Origin: Mobula hypostoma
Lineage: Eukaryota
DNA length: 64,000 bases
NCBI RefSeq assembly: GCF_963921235.1
Contig: NC_086107.1
Coordinates: 112,160,001 to 112,224,000 of the forward strand
Direction: 5' to 3'
The first letter of the stretch is position 1. Every line of letters starts with the position of its first letter. This document shows positions 47,940 through 61,659 of this stretch, in pieces. A model generated the notes under the pieces. The model saw only the letters and a list, made by a program, of their open reading frames with translations. It did no database searches and had not been told where the DNA came from. A program made the position numbers and the translations under genes.

Positions 47940-50904
47940 GCGTCCAAGACAAACAAGCCTGCTGATTGGCATCTCATCAACAGTTTAAATATTCATTCCC
48001 TTCCCCACTGCTGCACAGTGGCTGCTCTGTTTTGTCAGCTACAAAACGCAGCGCTGTGACTCATTTCGTCTACTCTTGGCAGCATCTCTAAGCTTACCAT
48101 CTCTAGCAACGAGGAAGACAAAAGTGGCACTTGCAGGAGAACATCACAGCCTGCTGTTTTGCTCTGAGTAACCAGCACCCTGAATTCCTGGTCCTCTCTG
48201 TATGGAAATAGCCCTGCACTAATCTTTGACGCCACAGTATCGTAGCGGTTAGTGCAGCACGGGGTGTCGGAGTTCGGTATTCAATTCCAACGCTATCTGT
48301 ACGTCCTCCCCATAGAATGTGTGGATTTTTTTTCCTCCAACAACCCAAAGACATATCAGCTAAGTAGGTTAATTGTAAATTGTCCCGTGATTAGTCTCGG
48401 GTTAAATGGGGGTGGCTGGGAGGCACAGTTTGAAGGGCCGGAAGGGCCTATTCCATGCTGTATCACAATAAATTAATTAATCAATCAATCAATCAATCCT
48501 GGAATTCCCTGTCTCTTAGCACCATGGTTCGTGAGAAGGCATTTACTGAGCTTTAGTACGTTTCTGTACTCGACATAGAAACAGGCCCTTTGGCCCATCT
48601 AATTTGAGCTGATCAAGATGCCTTCCAGACCTAGTCCCACTGGCCTGAATTGGGCCCATATGCCTCCAAATCTTTGGCTGCATCTACCAAGGTACAGTGA
48701 AAACATTGTCCTGCTTAAACAGATCAACTCATTGCACAGTGCATGGACTGAAATAAGGTAAAACAATAACGCTGCACCGTAAGCTACCAAAAAAGCGCAG
48801 TGCAAGGGAAGCGATAAAGTGCAAGATCGTTAACAGGTAGATTGTGAGACCAAGAGTCCATCTAATCGTACAAGAGGTCCATTCGATAGCCTGGTAACGG
48901 TGGGGTAGAAGCTGCCCTCGAGTCTGGTGGTACGTGCTTTCTGGCTTTTGTATCTTCTACCCGGTGGGAGAGGGGAGTAGAGAGGATGACTGGGGTGAGT
49001 GGGGTCTTGGATTATGTTGACTGCTTTAATCAGTCAGTGAGAAGTAGAGACAGAGTCCATAGAGGGAAGGCTGAGCTGTGTCCACAATGCTCTGCGGTTT
49101 GTTGGCGGTCATGTGTAGATCAGTTGCCACACCAAGCTGTTATGTGTTCAGAAAGAATGTTTTCTATGGTGCATTGACAAAAATAGAAGAATTGTAGGAG
49201 CATGCTGAATTTCTTTAGCCTCCAGAGGAATTAGAGATGTTGGTGAGCCATGACATCAGAACGGGCTATTGGTGATGTCAACACTTGAAGTTTTCAACCC
49301 TCTCAAATTCAACATCTTTCCTGTCCATGTCGCTGTCAAAATGTCTTCTCAACATTGTAATTATAACCACTTCTAACACTTTGGTGTTCTGCCAAAGGGT
49401 TTCAGCCCGAAACATCGGCTGTACTTATTTCCATAGATGCTGCCTGGCCTGCTGAGTTCCTCCAGCATTTTGTGTGTGTTGTTCGGATGCCCAGCATCTG
49501 CAGATTTTCTCTAGTTTCTAACTTGCCTCACACTTTCTCTGGCAGCTCATTCCCTACAACCGCAACCCTTTGAGTGGGAAACCTCTACCTCTCACACCCC
49601 TTTAAATCTTCCTCCTCTCACCCTAACTAACCAGGAAAAGGAAACTCTCACCATGCACTGTATCTGTACCCCTCCTGATTTTATACGGACTGGGCTGGAT
49701 ACAGTGGACGTGGCCCAGTCCATCACGGGTAAAGTCCACCCCACCGGTGATTACCTGTACACGGGAGCGCTGTTGCAGGAAAGAAGCAGCCATCATCAGG
49801 GATCCCCACCATCCAGGCCATGCTCTCTTCTCCTTGCTGCCATCAGGAAGAAGGCACAGGAGCCACAGGGCCCACGCCACCGAGTTCAGGAACAGTTACT
49901 ACCCCTCAACCATCAGGCTCTTAAACCAGAGAGAACAACTTCACTCAACTTCACTTGCCCCATCACTGAACTGTTCCCCCAACCTATGGACTCACTTTCA
50001 AGGACTCTTCATCTCACTTTCTCTATTTATTATTATTTTGTTTTTTATTTCTCATTTTGGATTTGCGAGTTTGTTTTTTGTTGCACATTGGTTGTTTGTC
50101 CATCCTGTTAGGCGCAGTCTTTCAGTGATTCTATTGTGCTTCTTGTATTTACTGTGAATGCCCACAAGAAAATGAATCTCAGGGTTGTATATCGTGATGT
50201 ATATGCACTTTCATAATGAATTTATTTTGAACTTTAAACGTTTTATACCTCTGAGGTCACCCCTCTGCATCCTCAGCTCTAGATGACTCTCCAGCAGCTT
50301 CTCAGACTCAGTCAGGGATGGGCAAGAAATGCTGGCCTTTCAAGTAGTGCCAAGATCTTGAAAATTACCTTCTTTAAATTATTTTTTGAAAAGTGTTTGA
50401 TGCGCCAATTTAAGGAGTCAGCTGGGCGCCGTGACAACACAGCGGTTTGCACAACGCTGTTACAGCTCATGTCATCGGAGGTCAGAGTTCAATTCTGACG
50501 TCATCTGTAAGGAATCTATACGTCCTCCCCGTGGAACGCGTGGGATTTCTCCGGGTGCTCCGGTTTCCTCCCGCAGTCCAAAGACGTACCAGTCAGTAGG
50601 CTAATTGGTCGGTGTAAATTGGCCTGTCATTAGGCTAGGGTTTAAACTCGGTTTCTGGGAGGCACAGCTCAAAGGGCCGGAAGGGCAAATCCGTGCTGTA
50701 TCTCAATAGATGGATAAGACCAACGGGCGTGGACTACATCAGGAAATGTTGCTACGTAGTGTGGTTTATCTCATTACAAACCAGAGCATAATGCTGGCTC
50801 CAGTTCTTCGCAGTTGCCAGTACCATGATTGGTTGTATTGAGTTTGCTTTGCAGTTCTCATGTGGTACTGATCAACTGAGCTCTTCTTCTTCCCCTCCTG
50901 CCAG

Positions 50905-51021
50905 GTACAATGGACAGGCCATCCATGTCCTAACTTCCACCTGCTGGTGTGCTGTGCTATCCTGGACTCTGAGCGAGATGCACTGATGAACCCCAACTAC
51001 GGCTTCAATGAGATACTCAAG
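50905..51021 (+). CDS. TBC1D17: TBC1D17 exon 15 (VQWTGHPCPNFHLLVCCAILDSERDALMNPNYGFNEILK)
   Basis: ccag| and |gtaatc, 117 nt, phase 0-0. Confidence 0.95.
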
Positions 51022-51747
51022 GTAATCACTCAGAAGTGTTTGTAAATGTGAATTTTCTGCTTTTTTTTTCCCCCTTTAAGCTGATAAGCGGCACATACTA
51101 CCTTCATGTTATACAGTCATAGAAAAGTCCATGCCAAACCATTTAAACTGCCTGCTCCCATCGACCTGCACCAGGTCCATAGCCCTCCATACTTCTCCTA
51201 TCCATATACCTATCCAAACTTCTCTTAAACGTTGAAATCGAGCTCGCATGCACCACTTGTACTGGCAGCTCATTCTCATGACCCTCTGAGTAAAGAAGTT
51301 TCCTGTCATGCTCCCCTTAAACTTTTCACTTTTCACCTTTCACCTTAACCCATTGGTGGTTGTAGTCCCACCAATCCTCAGTGGGAAAAAGCCTGCTTGC
51401 ATTACTCTATCTATATCCCTCTATCAAATCTCCTCTCAATCTTCTACGCTCCAAGGAATAAAGTCCTAAACTATTCAATCTTTCCTTATAACTCAGGTCC
51501 TCCCGACCTGGCAACATCCTTGTATATTTTCTCTGAACTCTTATTTACATCTCTCCTGACCAAAACTGCACACAATACTCCAAATTGGCCCTCACCAACA
51601 TCTTATACAATTTCAACATAACATCCCATCTCCTGTACCCAGTATTTTGATCTGTGCCAAAAGCTTTCTTTACAACCTTATCAGCTCTTTGCTTCATTTC
51701 ACTTTCAAACAAGTGCCAGGAATATGGAACCTAAAATGACTATAGAC

Positions 51748-52305
51748 TCAGTGGCCCCTTTATTAGGTACACCTCATTAATGCAAATATCCAATCAGCCA
51801 ATCATGTAGCAGCAACTCAATGCACAAAAGCATGCAGACATGGTCAAGAGGTTCAGTTGTTAGTCAGACCAAACATCAGCATGGGGAAGAAATATGATCC
51901 AAGTGATTTTGACCATGGAAGAGTTGTTGGTGTCAAATGGGGTGGTTTGAGTATCTCAGAAATTGCTCATCTCCTGGTATTTTCACACACAATTGTCTGT
52001 AGAGTTTACAGAGAATGGTGTGAAAAACAAAAAAAAACATCCAGTGAGAGGCAGTTCTGTGGGAGAAAACACCTTGTTAATGAGAGAGGTCAGAGGAGAA
52101 TGGTCAGACTGGTTCAAACTGACAGGAAGGAGGCAGTAACTCAAATAACCACACGTTACAACAGTGGTGTGCAGAGGAGTTTCTCTGAATGCACAACACG
52201 TCCAAACTTGACCTGGATGGGCTACAGCAGCAGGAGATCGTAAACATGCACTCAGTGTCCACTTTATTATGTAAAGGAAGTACCTCATGAAGTGTCCACT
52301 AAGTG
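51748..52305 (+). mobile_element. Tc1-like derivative encoding the transposase N-terminal HTH, with terminal TIR-TIR hairpin
   Basis: ORF 51857-52243 MGKKYDPSDFDHGRVVG…GLSISEIAHLLVFSHTIVCRVYREW. TIR cactcagtggccactttattaggtac. Confidence 0.85.
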
Positions 52306-53019
52306 ACCCATTCCTGGATCTCACCATCAGGGGGTTTTTAGAGTACCCGAGAATTGCTGTCACCTACTCCGCATCAGCTACACCAGCACTCCGGTATGAG
52401 TTGATAGTTTTCAGCAACACACACAAAATGCTGGAGGAACTCAGCAAGCCAGGCATCATCTATGGAGGGGGAATAAACAGTCGATGTTCCAGGCGGAGAC
52501 CCTTCATCAGGACGGAAACGGAACCGGGAAGAAGCCAGAGCAAGAAGTTGGGAAGAGAGGGAGTACAAGCTGGAATGTGATAGGTTAGGCCAGATGGCGG
52601 GGGGGGGGGGGAATGGATGGGTGGGAGGGGTAAATGTTGTAAGAGGCCAGGATGTGATAGGTGGAATAGACCTATCACAGACTGAAGAAGAAAGAATCTG
52701 ATAGAAGAGGACAGTGGGTCATGGGAGAAAGGGAAGGAGGAGGGAGGTGATGAGCACTTAAGGATAAGAGAAAGGTGAGAGGAGAACAAGAAATGGGGAA
52801 TGGAGAAAGAGGAGAGGGGGAAAAATTACTGGAATTCAGCGAAGAACCTTGATACTTTACATCAGCTACACCAGCCCTCCAGTTTGGGTTCATGATCTAC
52901 TGCTGGAGCCCTCCGCTTCCAGGTTCGGCGTGCTGTGCCTTCAGAGGTCTTCCACGTCCGCAGAACCGCTTGAATTTATAATAGTGCTGGATCTCTGAGT
53001 CCCTCTTTCTCTCCTGCAG

Positions 53020-53106
53020 CACATCAATGAGCTGACCATGAGACTGAACATGGAAGACATCCTGTGCAGGGCGGAAGCGATATACCAGCAGTTGGCTGCC
53101 TGTCCG
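53020..53106 (+). CDS. TBC1D17: TBC1D17 exon 16 (HINELTMRLNMEDILCRAEAIYQQLAACP)
   Basis: tgcag| and |gtgagt, 87 nt, phase 0-0. Confidence 0.95.
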
Positions 53107-53234
53107 GTGAGTTTGGCCAGAAGCAACAACTGCAGTAATGTGTCACCATACTTCACAGCTTTGTAAGGAACGTGAATCTGTCTGGGATAGGGACTGAGTT
53201 CCAATGGCAGATGGAATACAGTGTGGGGAAGCAC

Positions 53235-54685
53235 TTTGAGCCTTTCCTGGTTGGCTGCAGGTGACTAGTGATATTCCTCGCTTGGTGTTGGTCCATTACT
53301 TTCCAGTATATATGTTAATGACTTGAATGATGGGATTGATGGCATTTTGGCCACGTTTGTGTGTGATACAAAGACCATATAGGAGCAAAACTAGGCCTTT
53401 TGGCCCATCAAGTCTGCTCTACCATTTCTCATGGCTGATCCAATTTTCCTCTCAGCCCCAAACTCCTGCCTTCTCCCTGTATCCCTTCATGCTCAGACCA
53501 ATCAAGAATCTATCAACCTCTGCCTTAAATATGCATAAAGACTTGGGCCTTCACAGCTGCCTGTGGCAACGAATTCCACAGATTCGCCACTCTCTGGCTA
53601 AAGGAATTCCTTCTCATCTCTGTTCTAAAAGGATCCCCCTATATTTTGAGGCTGTGTCCTCTGGTCTTAGACTCTCCCACCATAGGAAACATCCTCTCCA
53701 CATGCACTCTATCAAGGCCTTTCACCATTCGATAGGTTTCAATGAGATCACCCCTCATTCTTCTGAATTCCAGTGAATACAGGCCCAGAGCCATCAAACG
53801 TTCTTTATATAACAAGCCATTCAATTCTGGAATCATTTTTGTGAACCTCCTTTGAACCCTTGCCAGTCTTTGCACATCCTTTCTAAGATAAGAGGCCCAA
53901 ACCTGCTCACAATACTCGAAGAGAGGCCTTATCAGTGTTTTACAAAGTTTTAAAGATAGGTGGAAGGGCTTTTACTGTTGGGCGGTAGGGAGCCTGTAGA
54001 AAGACTTGGACAGATTAGGAGAACGGGGAAGAAGTGGTAGGTGGAATACAGTGTCGGGAAGTGTACGGTCATGCACTTTGGTAGAAGGAATAAAAGCATC
54101 GACTGTCTTCTAAATAGGGAGCAAATGCAGAAATCGGAGGTGCAAAGGGGGTCTTAGTGCAAAGGTTGAGTCGACAGTGAGGAAGGCAATGCAGTGTTAG
54201 CATTCAATGTTAGAATATAAAAGGATGTAATGCTGGGGCTTAATAAGGAATTGGTCAGACCATATTTGGAGTATTGTGAGCAGTTTATGTAAGAAAGGGT
54301 GTGGTGGCATTGGAGAGGGTCCAGAGGAGTTTTACAAGGATGATCTCAGGAATGAGAAGGTTATCCTACGAGGAGTGTTTGATAACTCTGGGACTGTACA
54401 TACTAGAGTTTAGAAGAATGGTGGCGGGGTGGAATCTCATTGAAACACACCAAATATTGAAAGGCTTAGATAGAATGGATGTGCATCTAGGGCTAGAGGG
54501 CACAGTCTTGTAGATGGAAGCCCCTTTAGAACAGAGGCAAAGAGGAATTTCTTCAGCCAGAGGGTACTGAATCTGTGGAATTCATTGCCACAGACAGCTG
54601 TGGAGGCCAAATCATTGGGTATATGTAGAGGGGTGGTTTATTGTTTCTTGATTACTAAGGGTGTCAATAGCTACAGGAGAAGCAG
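53235..54685. mobile_element. Nested CR1 fragments: old + copy interrupted by a - copy at ~53375-53950
   Basis: RVQRRFTKMIP…LEFRRMRGDLIETY on both strands. Further CR1 3' pieces at ~14760-15440, 16270-16770, 21390-21840, 26715-27310, 32320-32900, 51115-51680, 55420-55840 and 60200-60745. Confidence 0.8.
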
Positions 54686-56504
54686 GTGATGGATGGTTGT
54701 ATGAGCAGCGAGCACTGGCGCCAAGCAGACAATCTCTTGAGAGTATTAATAATGGCTGGGGTCACCTGTCTTGTGAAGCCACTGCCTAGAAGAAGGCAAT
54801 GGCAAACCACTTCTGTAGAAAAATTTGCCAAGAACATTCGTGGTCAAGATCGTGATCGCCTGCGTCATATGACATGGCACATGATGATGGTGACGATGAA
54901 ACTGAGATACTGGGGTAAAATTTTGTGTATTAAGTAAGCTGAGGTAGTCAGAAGCAAGCAATGCTGAATATGGTGCTCTGGTTGCAGAGACACAAGAGAT
55001 ACTGCAGATGCTGGGGATCTAGAGCAAAACACACAATGTGCTGGAGGAGCTCAGCAGGTCAGGCAGCACCTGTGAGTGGGAATAAACAGTTAATGTTTTG
55101 GTTTGAGACTCTTCATTGGGACTGGACAGGTTACAGATGTAGTGCAGTGTAGGTAAATTTGGAGAGGTAGATTTGGAGATAAAGTATTAACCTTCAGTAC
55201 ACAGGAGGTCCAATCAATAGTCTGATAACAGCAGGACAGAACCTATCCTTGAGTCTGGTGTTATGTGCTTCCAGTCTTTTGCATCTTCTGTTGATGGGAA
55301 GGGGGAGAAAAGAGAATGTCTGAGGGGGGTGGGGCCTTTTGATTATTTTGGCAGCTTTACTGAGGCAGCAGGAAATGTAGACAAAGTCCATGTAGGGGCG
55401 GCTGGTTTGTGTGACCTGTCGTGAAAGGTTGAATAGGTTAGTTCTTTATTACCTAGAGCACAGGAGAATGAGGGACGGTTTGAGGGAGGTGCACAAAATT
55501 ATGAGGGGTATAAATAGGGTAAATATAAGCAGGCTTTTTCCACTGAGGTTGGGTGGGAGTAGAGTAAAGGTCACGGGTTAAGGATGAAAGGTGAAATGTT
55601 TAAGGGGAACATGAGGGGAAACTTCTTCACTCAGAAGGTGGTGAGAGGGTGGAACGAGCTGCCAGCACAAGTGGTGGATGTGCATTCAATTTCAACATTT
55701 AAGAGAAGTTTGCGTAAGTACATGGATGGGAAGGTTATGGAGGGCGATGGTCCAGGTGTAGGTTGATGCGTCTCAGCTGAGTAATAATTTGCCATGGACT
55801 AGATGGGCTGAAGGGCCTGTTTCTGTGCTGTCGTACATGACTGGGCTATCTATACTTTCACAACTCTCATGCAGATTGAGAGGTTAATTGGCTGCTGAAA
55901 ATTGCCCCTAGTGGTAGGCAGGTAATATATCAGGAAATTTGAATGAAATGTGGTTTAGAGTCTTGAATGTCTGAATGACCCAGAGAGCAATGTTGGCTGG
56001 AGTCAGGGCGTTGTGCATTGGCTCTTGGTAGGGTCACCCATGCCAGACAGGTCAAAGGGTAGAGGCCAGACTAAGAGTAGTCCACCGATCCTCCGGGTTC
56101 GGGGGTTCAGCTCAGGACTAACAACCCTGAGCGGAAACAGCGATGAAGAATCCTTCTACATCTGGCTGGCTAAAGACAGACAGCGATGGAGGACCTTCAT
56201 TGCTGCCGTAAACTACAGCGGCATAGCCGGCTGGAAGTAAATAAGTGTAACGATGGCTTGACGGACTTGAGTGAACGAGTGATGTCTGTGCCGGTGACTA
56301 ACCACTTTGGTGGTGGGAGGGATGACAAGCGGAGGAGACTGAGGACAGAGGATGCAGAGTGGGGGAGTAGAAACAGTTGGTGTGTCGCGGGGAGTGTGGG
56401 GAATCAGCCGGTGGTGGTGGGTCAGTAGAAGGCATGCTGGAAGGTTGAGAGCAGAGGGCGAGGTGTTGCCCACAGAACTAATGGCTCTCTTTCCTCTTGA
56501 ACAG

Positions 56505-56729
56505 CAGCTGCAGCGGAGTGTGCAGCAGATCCTGGGTCTGGCGGAGGCCTGCACCCCTACGCCCAGCTCGCGCTCAGGGTCCAGTACAGGAAGCTCACCC
56601 GAGGCACTATCCCCCAGCCAGATGCACGAGTCGGAGCTGACAGACAGCGCCTCGCACAGCCTTCCCGACAGCAGCATCGAGATCCTACATACTGACGACG
56701 GGAACTTGGAGTCTACCCACAGCCCATAG
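56505..56729 (+). CDS. TBC1D17: TBC1D17 last coding exon (QLQRSVQQILGL…PDSSIEILHTDDGNLESTHSP*)
   Basis: acag| acceptor (NAGNAG), TAG stop at 56727-56729. VQ.ILGL and PDSS.EIL motifs as in the human C-terminus. Confidence 0.92.
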   Translation, partial: QLQRSVQQILGLAEACTPTPSSRSGSSTGSSPEALSPSQMHESELTDSASHSLPDSSIEILHTDDGNLESTHSP

Positions 56730-59264
56730 GTGCCGGGGAGGCCCTGCCAACCCCTTCCCAGCAGAAAGCCTTGAGCCCTCACCCAAGACACTCGCACGTT
56801 TTCAGCAAAGCCCGTGAGCAAGACGTTTACCTACACAGCTTTGAAAATGAGACCAACTTCATGCAATTAGTCCCGTGACATGGACAATTATCCCTCCCCT
56901 CACTAACTTAGCTTTGCACCGGTGAATTGTACTGTAACGTCTGACGTTTATCCTGAATCCTGTAGGAGGCCTTGCGAACCAGTTACTCTGTTTAGATAAT
57001 TAAGTGCCCTTTCTCAAGGGAACAGTGCTTCTCTCTCCAGAGGCTGTTTTTCCGGATAGTTTTATGAATTACACAGCAGGTCAAGCAGCATCTATAGGGT
57101 GAAAATTTCCCCCCACTTCCTTTATTCCCTCTCTGACCAGTCTATTACTTCCCCCTGGGTCCCCTCCTCCTTCCCTTTCTCCCATGGTCCACTCTCCTCT
57201 CCTATCAGATTATTTCTTCTCCAGCCCTTGACCTTTCCCACCCGCCTGGCTTCACCTATCACCTTCTAGCTAGCCTCCTTCCCCTCCCTCCACCTTTTTA
57301 TTCTGGCATCTTCCCCCTTCCTTCTCAGTCTTAATGAAGGATCTCGGCCCGATACATTGATCGTTACTTTTCCGTAGATGCTGCCTGATGCTCCTCCAGC
57401 ATTTCGTGTATGTTGCTTTGAGGGTGATAAAGAGTTAATTTCTCTTTTTTTTATATATATATATATATAGAGATACATGCCCTTCTGGCCCAGTGAGACT
57501 GTGCCTCCCAAATACACCCATGTGACCGATTAACCTACTATCCCGTACGCCTTTGGACTGTGGGAGGAAACGGGAGCACCCGGAGGAAACCCACGCGGTC
57601 ACGGGGAGAACGTACAAACTCCTTACAGACAGTGGTGGGAGTTGAACCCACATATTGGCATGTAATAGTGTTACACTAACTGCCACTGTCTGCGGGAGTG
57701 TGCGCTCCGGGCGCGTGGGTTTCACCCACGATCCAAAGACGTATGGGTTAATAGGTTAATTGGTTACACGGGTGTAATTGGGTGATGCAGGGCTCACTGG
57801 GCCTCGAGCCTGTTACTCCCCTATATCTCTAAATAAACAGATTAACCTTGCAGGCTGATGATCTATCGAAAAGACTCGAAGTTGCAGTAGAGGGGAGAGA
57901 ATAGGAAAGAACCAAAGGTCAGTGATACGATGGAGACCAAGAGAGATTGAATGAGACCGTAATGACGTCAGCTAAAGGACAAAGGCAAGGGTGAGGAACT
58001 AACAGAAGGTACATAAAACAATAGGTGTGGTGATGCTTTTGCCACTGTGCATCTGAACAGTGGGAGGAAACCCACGCAGATACTGGGAGAGTACATGCAG
58101 ACAGGGCTGGTTAACGTAACACTGCTACAGCCCCAGCATTACCATCCTCTGTCTGCTGGAATCACCACCAATTACGTCGTTCAAACTTACTTGTGTCTCT
58201 CCTTTCTCTGCTTAATATCCCAGCTCAGCTGAAACTTCAGCCTGAATCTTTATCTGTTTTTTTTTTGTTACCCCTTCACAGATGAACAGCTGAAATCTCC
58301 CACCATTTTTATTTTGCTTTAGTTTCAGAAGTTAGCACCTTGCATTAGGGTTTTCTCTCTCCGCCAAGGGAGCACTGGTTTCCTGCCTCTCCCCCTGCAG
58401 TACTGCAGCCAAGCTCCCATGGAGTTATTTTAATTCTATGATCACTACAAGATAGCAAACATTCATCATGCTGATGGTGTGTGCCCCAGCTCTGCACCTT
58501 GCTGGGTGCTGCCCCTGCTTTCTCCGATTCTCTCTTCCCACAAGCACTGAACTTTTCCAGCATGCTTTGTTTGATTTGACAAAAGGTAATCTCTTCTCAG
58601 TGGCCACCCTCACCTTCACACCCTCTCCCCTGCCCCCTCCACCTACTTCTCTCCCCCTCGGCCAGCTAATCAGTACATTTTGCATGGTAAAAATCACCCA
58701 CTGCCTCATTGCTGCCAGCTGTTCTCTGTCGGACGAGCATTGTGGACGTATGGTTCTGCTGAGAATGTTACCTTTTGATTTTGTTGATTAGTGTCTGTTC
58801 CTCCTACCATGTCACTCACCACATGAGGGCAGAATCCTTTTTTACACAGGCGCGTATTAATCTTCCCCCTCTGCAGAATATTTAAGTGCTGCAAAGTATA
58901 TTAAGGCATCCTATAAGTTAACTCTTTTTCACTGAACTATTTCTGTCGATGGATTTGATGGTGACTTCTTGAATCCATCTTAGTGATGAGGAAGGCTGCA
59001 AAATATACAAAGCCTATAGTTTCTTCTAACTGTGTGTTTAATGGCTTGTGATTATGCTGCATTAAATATTTGTCACAGATTTTCTTTGTATTAAATATAT
59101 ATATATATATACTGTATATCTGTAGTAGAAATATATCAGAATGAGTGGATTACAAGTTGAAAGTTATGTTCCATTGTGCCAAACAGAAAGGATGGCGAAA
59201 TGTATCACAAATTATGTTATATGAGAGATAATGTGCAATTCTGTCTCCGTTTCTCTCCCCCCTC

Positions 59265-59530
59265 CCCCATCTCTCTCTCTTTCTCTCTCTCTCTCTGTCT
59301 CCCTCTCTCTCCCCCCCCCCCCGGCTGTGATAGTGGGTGTCTGTCTGTCTCTCTCTCTCTCTGACACAATGTGTATGTCTCATTTTCTCTCTCATTTTCT
59401 CTCTCTCGTTCTTTCTCTCTCTCTCCTCTCTCCTCTCCTCTCTCTCTCTCTCTCTCTCTGTCATTCTCCCTCTCTCATTCTCCCCCTCCCTCCCTCTTAC
59501 CCTCTTCCTCCCTCTCTCATTTTCTCTGTC
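59265..59530 (+). repeat. (TC)n-rich microsatellite in the probable 3' UTR
   Basis: Directly visible. Confidence 0.9.
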
Positions 59531-60003
59531 CGCCTGTGTGTCCCTCTGCTTTTGGAGTACACATTTTTTGAGTTTCTTGAAAAGGCATGTGAACAAAAGA
59601 ATTTGCATTCCGTACATACTGTTCCATCCACTTGTAGAGGTGTGGTTAGTTTGTGGAACACACAACTGTCTGAAATTAGCCACAGGACGCAATTGGCTGC
59701 TACAATAGCAACTTTCAGACAGACAATGGACAACTTGTTTGCTTTGAGAAGAGTGAAATTTCCTCTGTATCAAAGAACTCTATCTGTCCTGCACTTGTTT
59801 TTGGAATGTTATAGAGGGGTTATAGAGGGAGCTTTGCAGAATCTAACCTTCTTCCCTCTTTCCCCCCACACCCCAAACAGCTGTTTTTGCTCTGGGAGAA
59901 TTAAACGGAATAGTGTAGAAAAAAAAGTAAACAGTATTTAACCCACTGGGTGCCTGAAGTTACTGTGTTTGTTTCCAGTTACTGACAAGACTCTAACTGA
60001 TTC

Positions 60004-60009
60004 AATAAA
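60004..60009 (+). terminator. Candidate polyadenylation signal AATAAA ending the TBC1D17 3' UTR
   Basis: AATAAA at the end of a long, largely unique, AU-rich stretch, just before TE-dense sequence resumes. No transcript evidence. Confidence 0.45.
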
Positions 60010-61659
60010 AGAAATCGTTTCAAATAATCAGAGGTAGTTATCAATGTTGACACATCAAACCAGCTCCATCATGGGAGAGGATGTGGTACAGCCACTGCTT
60101 TAAGTTATGAATCACCTGTTGCCTTCAAACATGCCCATGTACACAGCTAAATGAAACAACATTCCTCTGGGGCAAAACACAGTACTGTACATATTTTACA
60201 ATATGGCTCATGTAGTTTTTGGCCCCTTATCTTCGAAAGGATGTGCTGAAACAGGAGAGGCTTCAAAGGAAGTTCACGAAAATGATTCCAGGATTGGATG
60301 GCTTCTCGTGTGAAGAGCGTTTGATGGCTCTGGACCTGTACTCACTGGAATTCAGAAGAATGAGAGGTGACTGCATTGAAACCTATCGAAAGGTGAAAGA
60401 CCTTGATAGAGTGGATGTGGAGAGGATGTTTCCTGTGGTGGGAGAGCCTGAGACCGGAGAACACAGCCTCAGAAGAGAGAGGCATCCTTTTAGAACGGAG
60501 ATGAGATATTTCTGTAGCCAGAGAGTGGTGAATCTGTAGAATTCTTTGCCACAGCTAGCTGTGGAGGCCAAGTCTTTATGTATATTTAAGGCAGAGGTTG
60601 ATAGATCCTTAATTGGTTAGGGCATGAAGGGATATGGGGAGAAGGCAGGAGACTGGGGCTGAGAGGAAAATTGGATCAGCCATGATGAAATGACAGATAA
60701 GACTTGATTGGCCATTAATTCTGCTCCTATACCTTATGGTCTTATATAGTGACGATAAATCACATATTGTCACAAAATAATATTAGCACAAGTCCCTGAG
60801 TGGCAGGGCCTGAACATTGATGGTGCATGGGATGTTGTCCTGGAACCACGTTTCTGTAAGAACAAGCACGCAGCAGTTCCTCCTCTCACTCTGGGCTAGT
60901 TGCAGACAATGTTTGTTTTCCAGGAAGTGAACTTTGGAGAGCAGGATTAACGGGACAGCTGGTCTGCAGGGATTAGCCCTTTAACCTGGTACGGATTCCA
61001 GCTCCTTCCCTGGGTGCCTGCGACAGGTGAGGGCCTGGACTGGGCAATAACCCAAAGCTAGGCAGCTCCTGTGCTGTCTGTCTTGCTAATGAACTGGACG
61101 TGCAGTACTTTGTACGTGTCAACCCAGCAGAAACCATCCAGAGGATGACAGGAGCAATGGTCACTGAGAGACTTCATCAGCTAGGTAAGGATCTGGCCAG
61201 GTTAATCCTGAGCTCCACCAACATATGGCACGTTGTGCCTGTCCCATCTCCAGCCACAGGTTGACACCAGCATTTTTTTTTTTACTAACAACAGCTCCTG
61301 TGTCATCAGTCTCAACTGCTTGTAGCACCCTCTCCGAGACCAGAACTAGAGGTCATAGGTTAAGGGTGAAAGGTGAAATGCTTACAGGGAACATGAGGGA
61401 GGATTTCTTCCCTCAGAGGGGTGATGAGAGTGGGGGGGGGAAGCTGCCAGCGGAAGTGGTATCTTGTGGGTTCGATGTCAACATTTAAGAGAAGTTTGGA
61501 CAAGTACATGGATGGGAGGGGTGTGGTCCAGGTTCAGGTTGATGGGATCTAGGCAGAAAAATAGTTCAGCATGGACTAGATGGGCTGAAGGGTCTGGTCC
61601 GCACTGTAGTCCTCTATGACTCTATAGTTCACCTGTAGCAATACTATAAATCTGATCTG

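Noticed and set aside
2256..56729. Alternative call as the paralogue TBC1D15
   Set aside because: FDPGYEPDWAVIST, NFEESQE, LCFCFRWLLIWFKREF and PDSS.EIL fit TBC1D17 better as recalled. A phylogenetic check would confirm.
56213..56821. 202-aa antisense ORF overlapping the last exon
   Set aside because: It is a shadow of GC-rich coding sequence, with no recognisable motifs or splice support.
59150..59941. ORFs of 207-236 aa on both strands
   Set aside because: They are generated by the (TC)n tract, are low complexity, and lie in the probable UTR.
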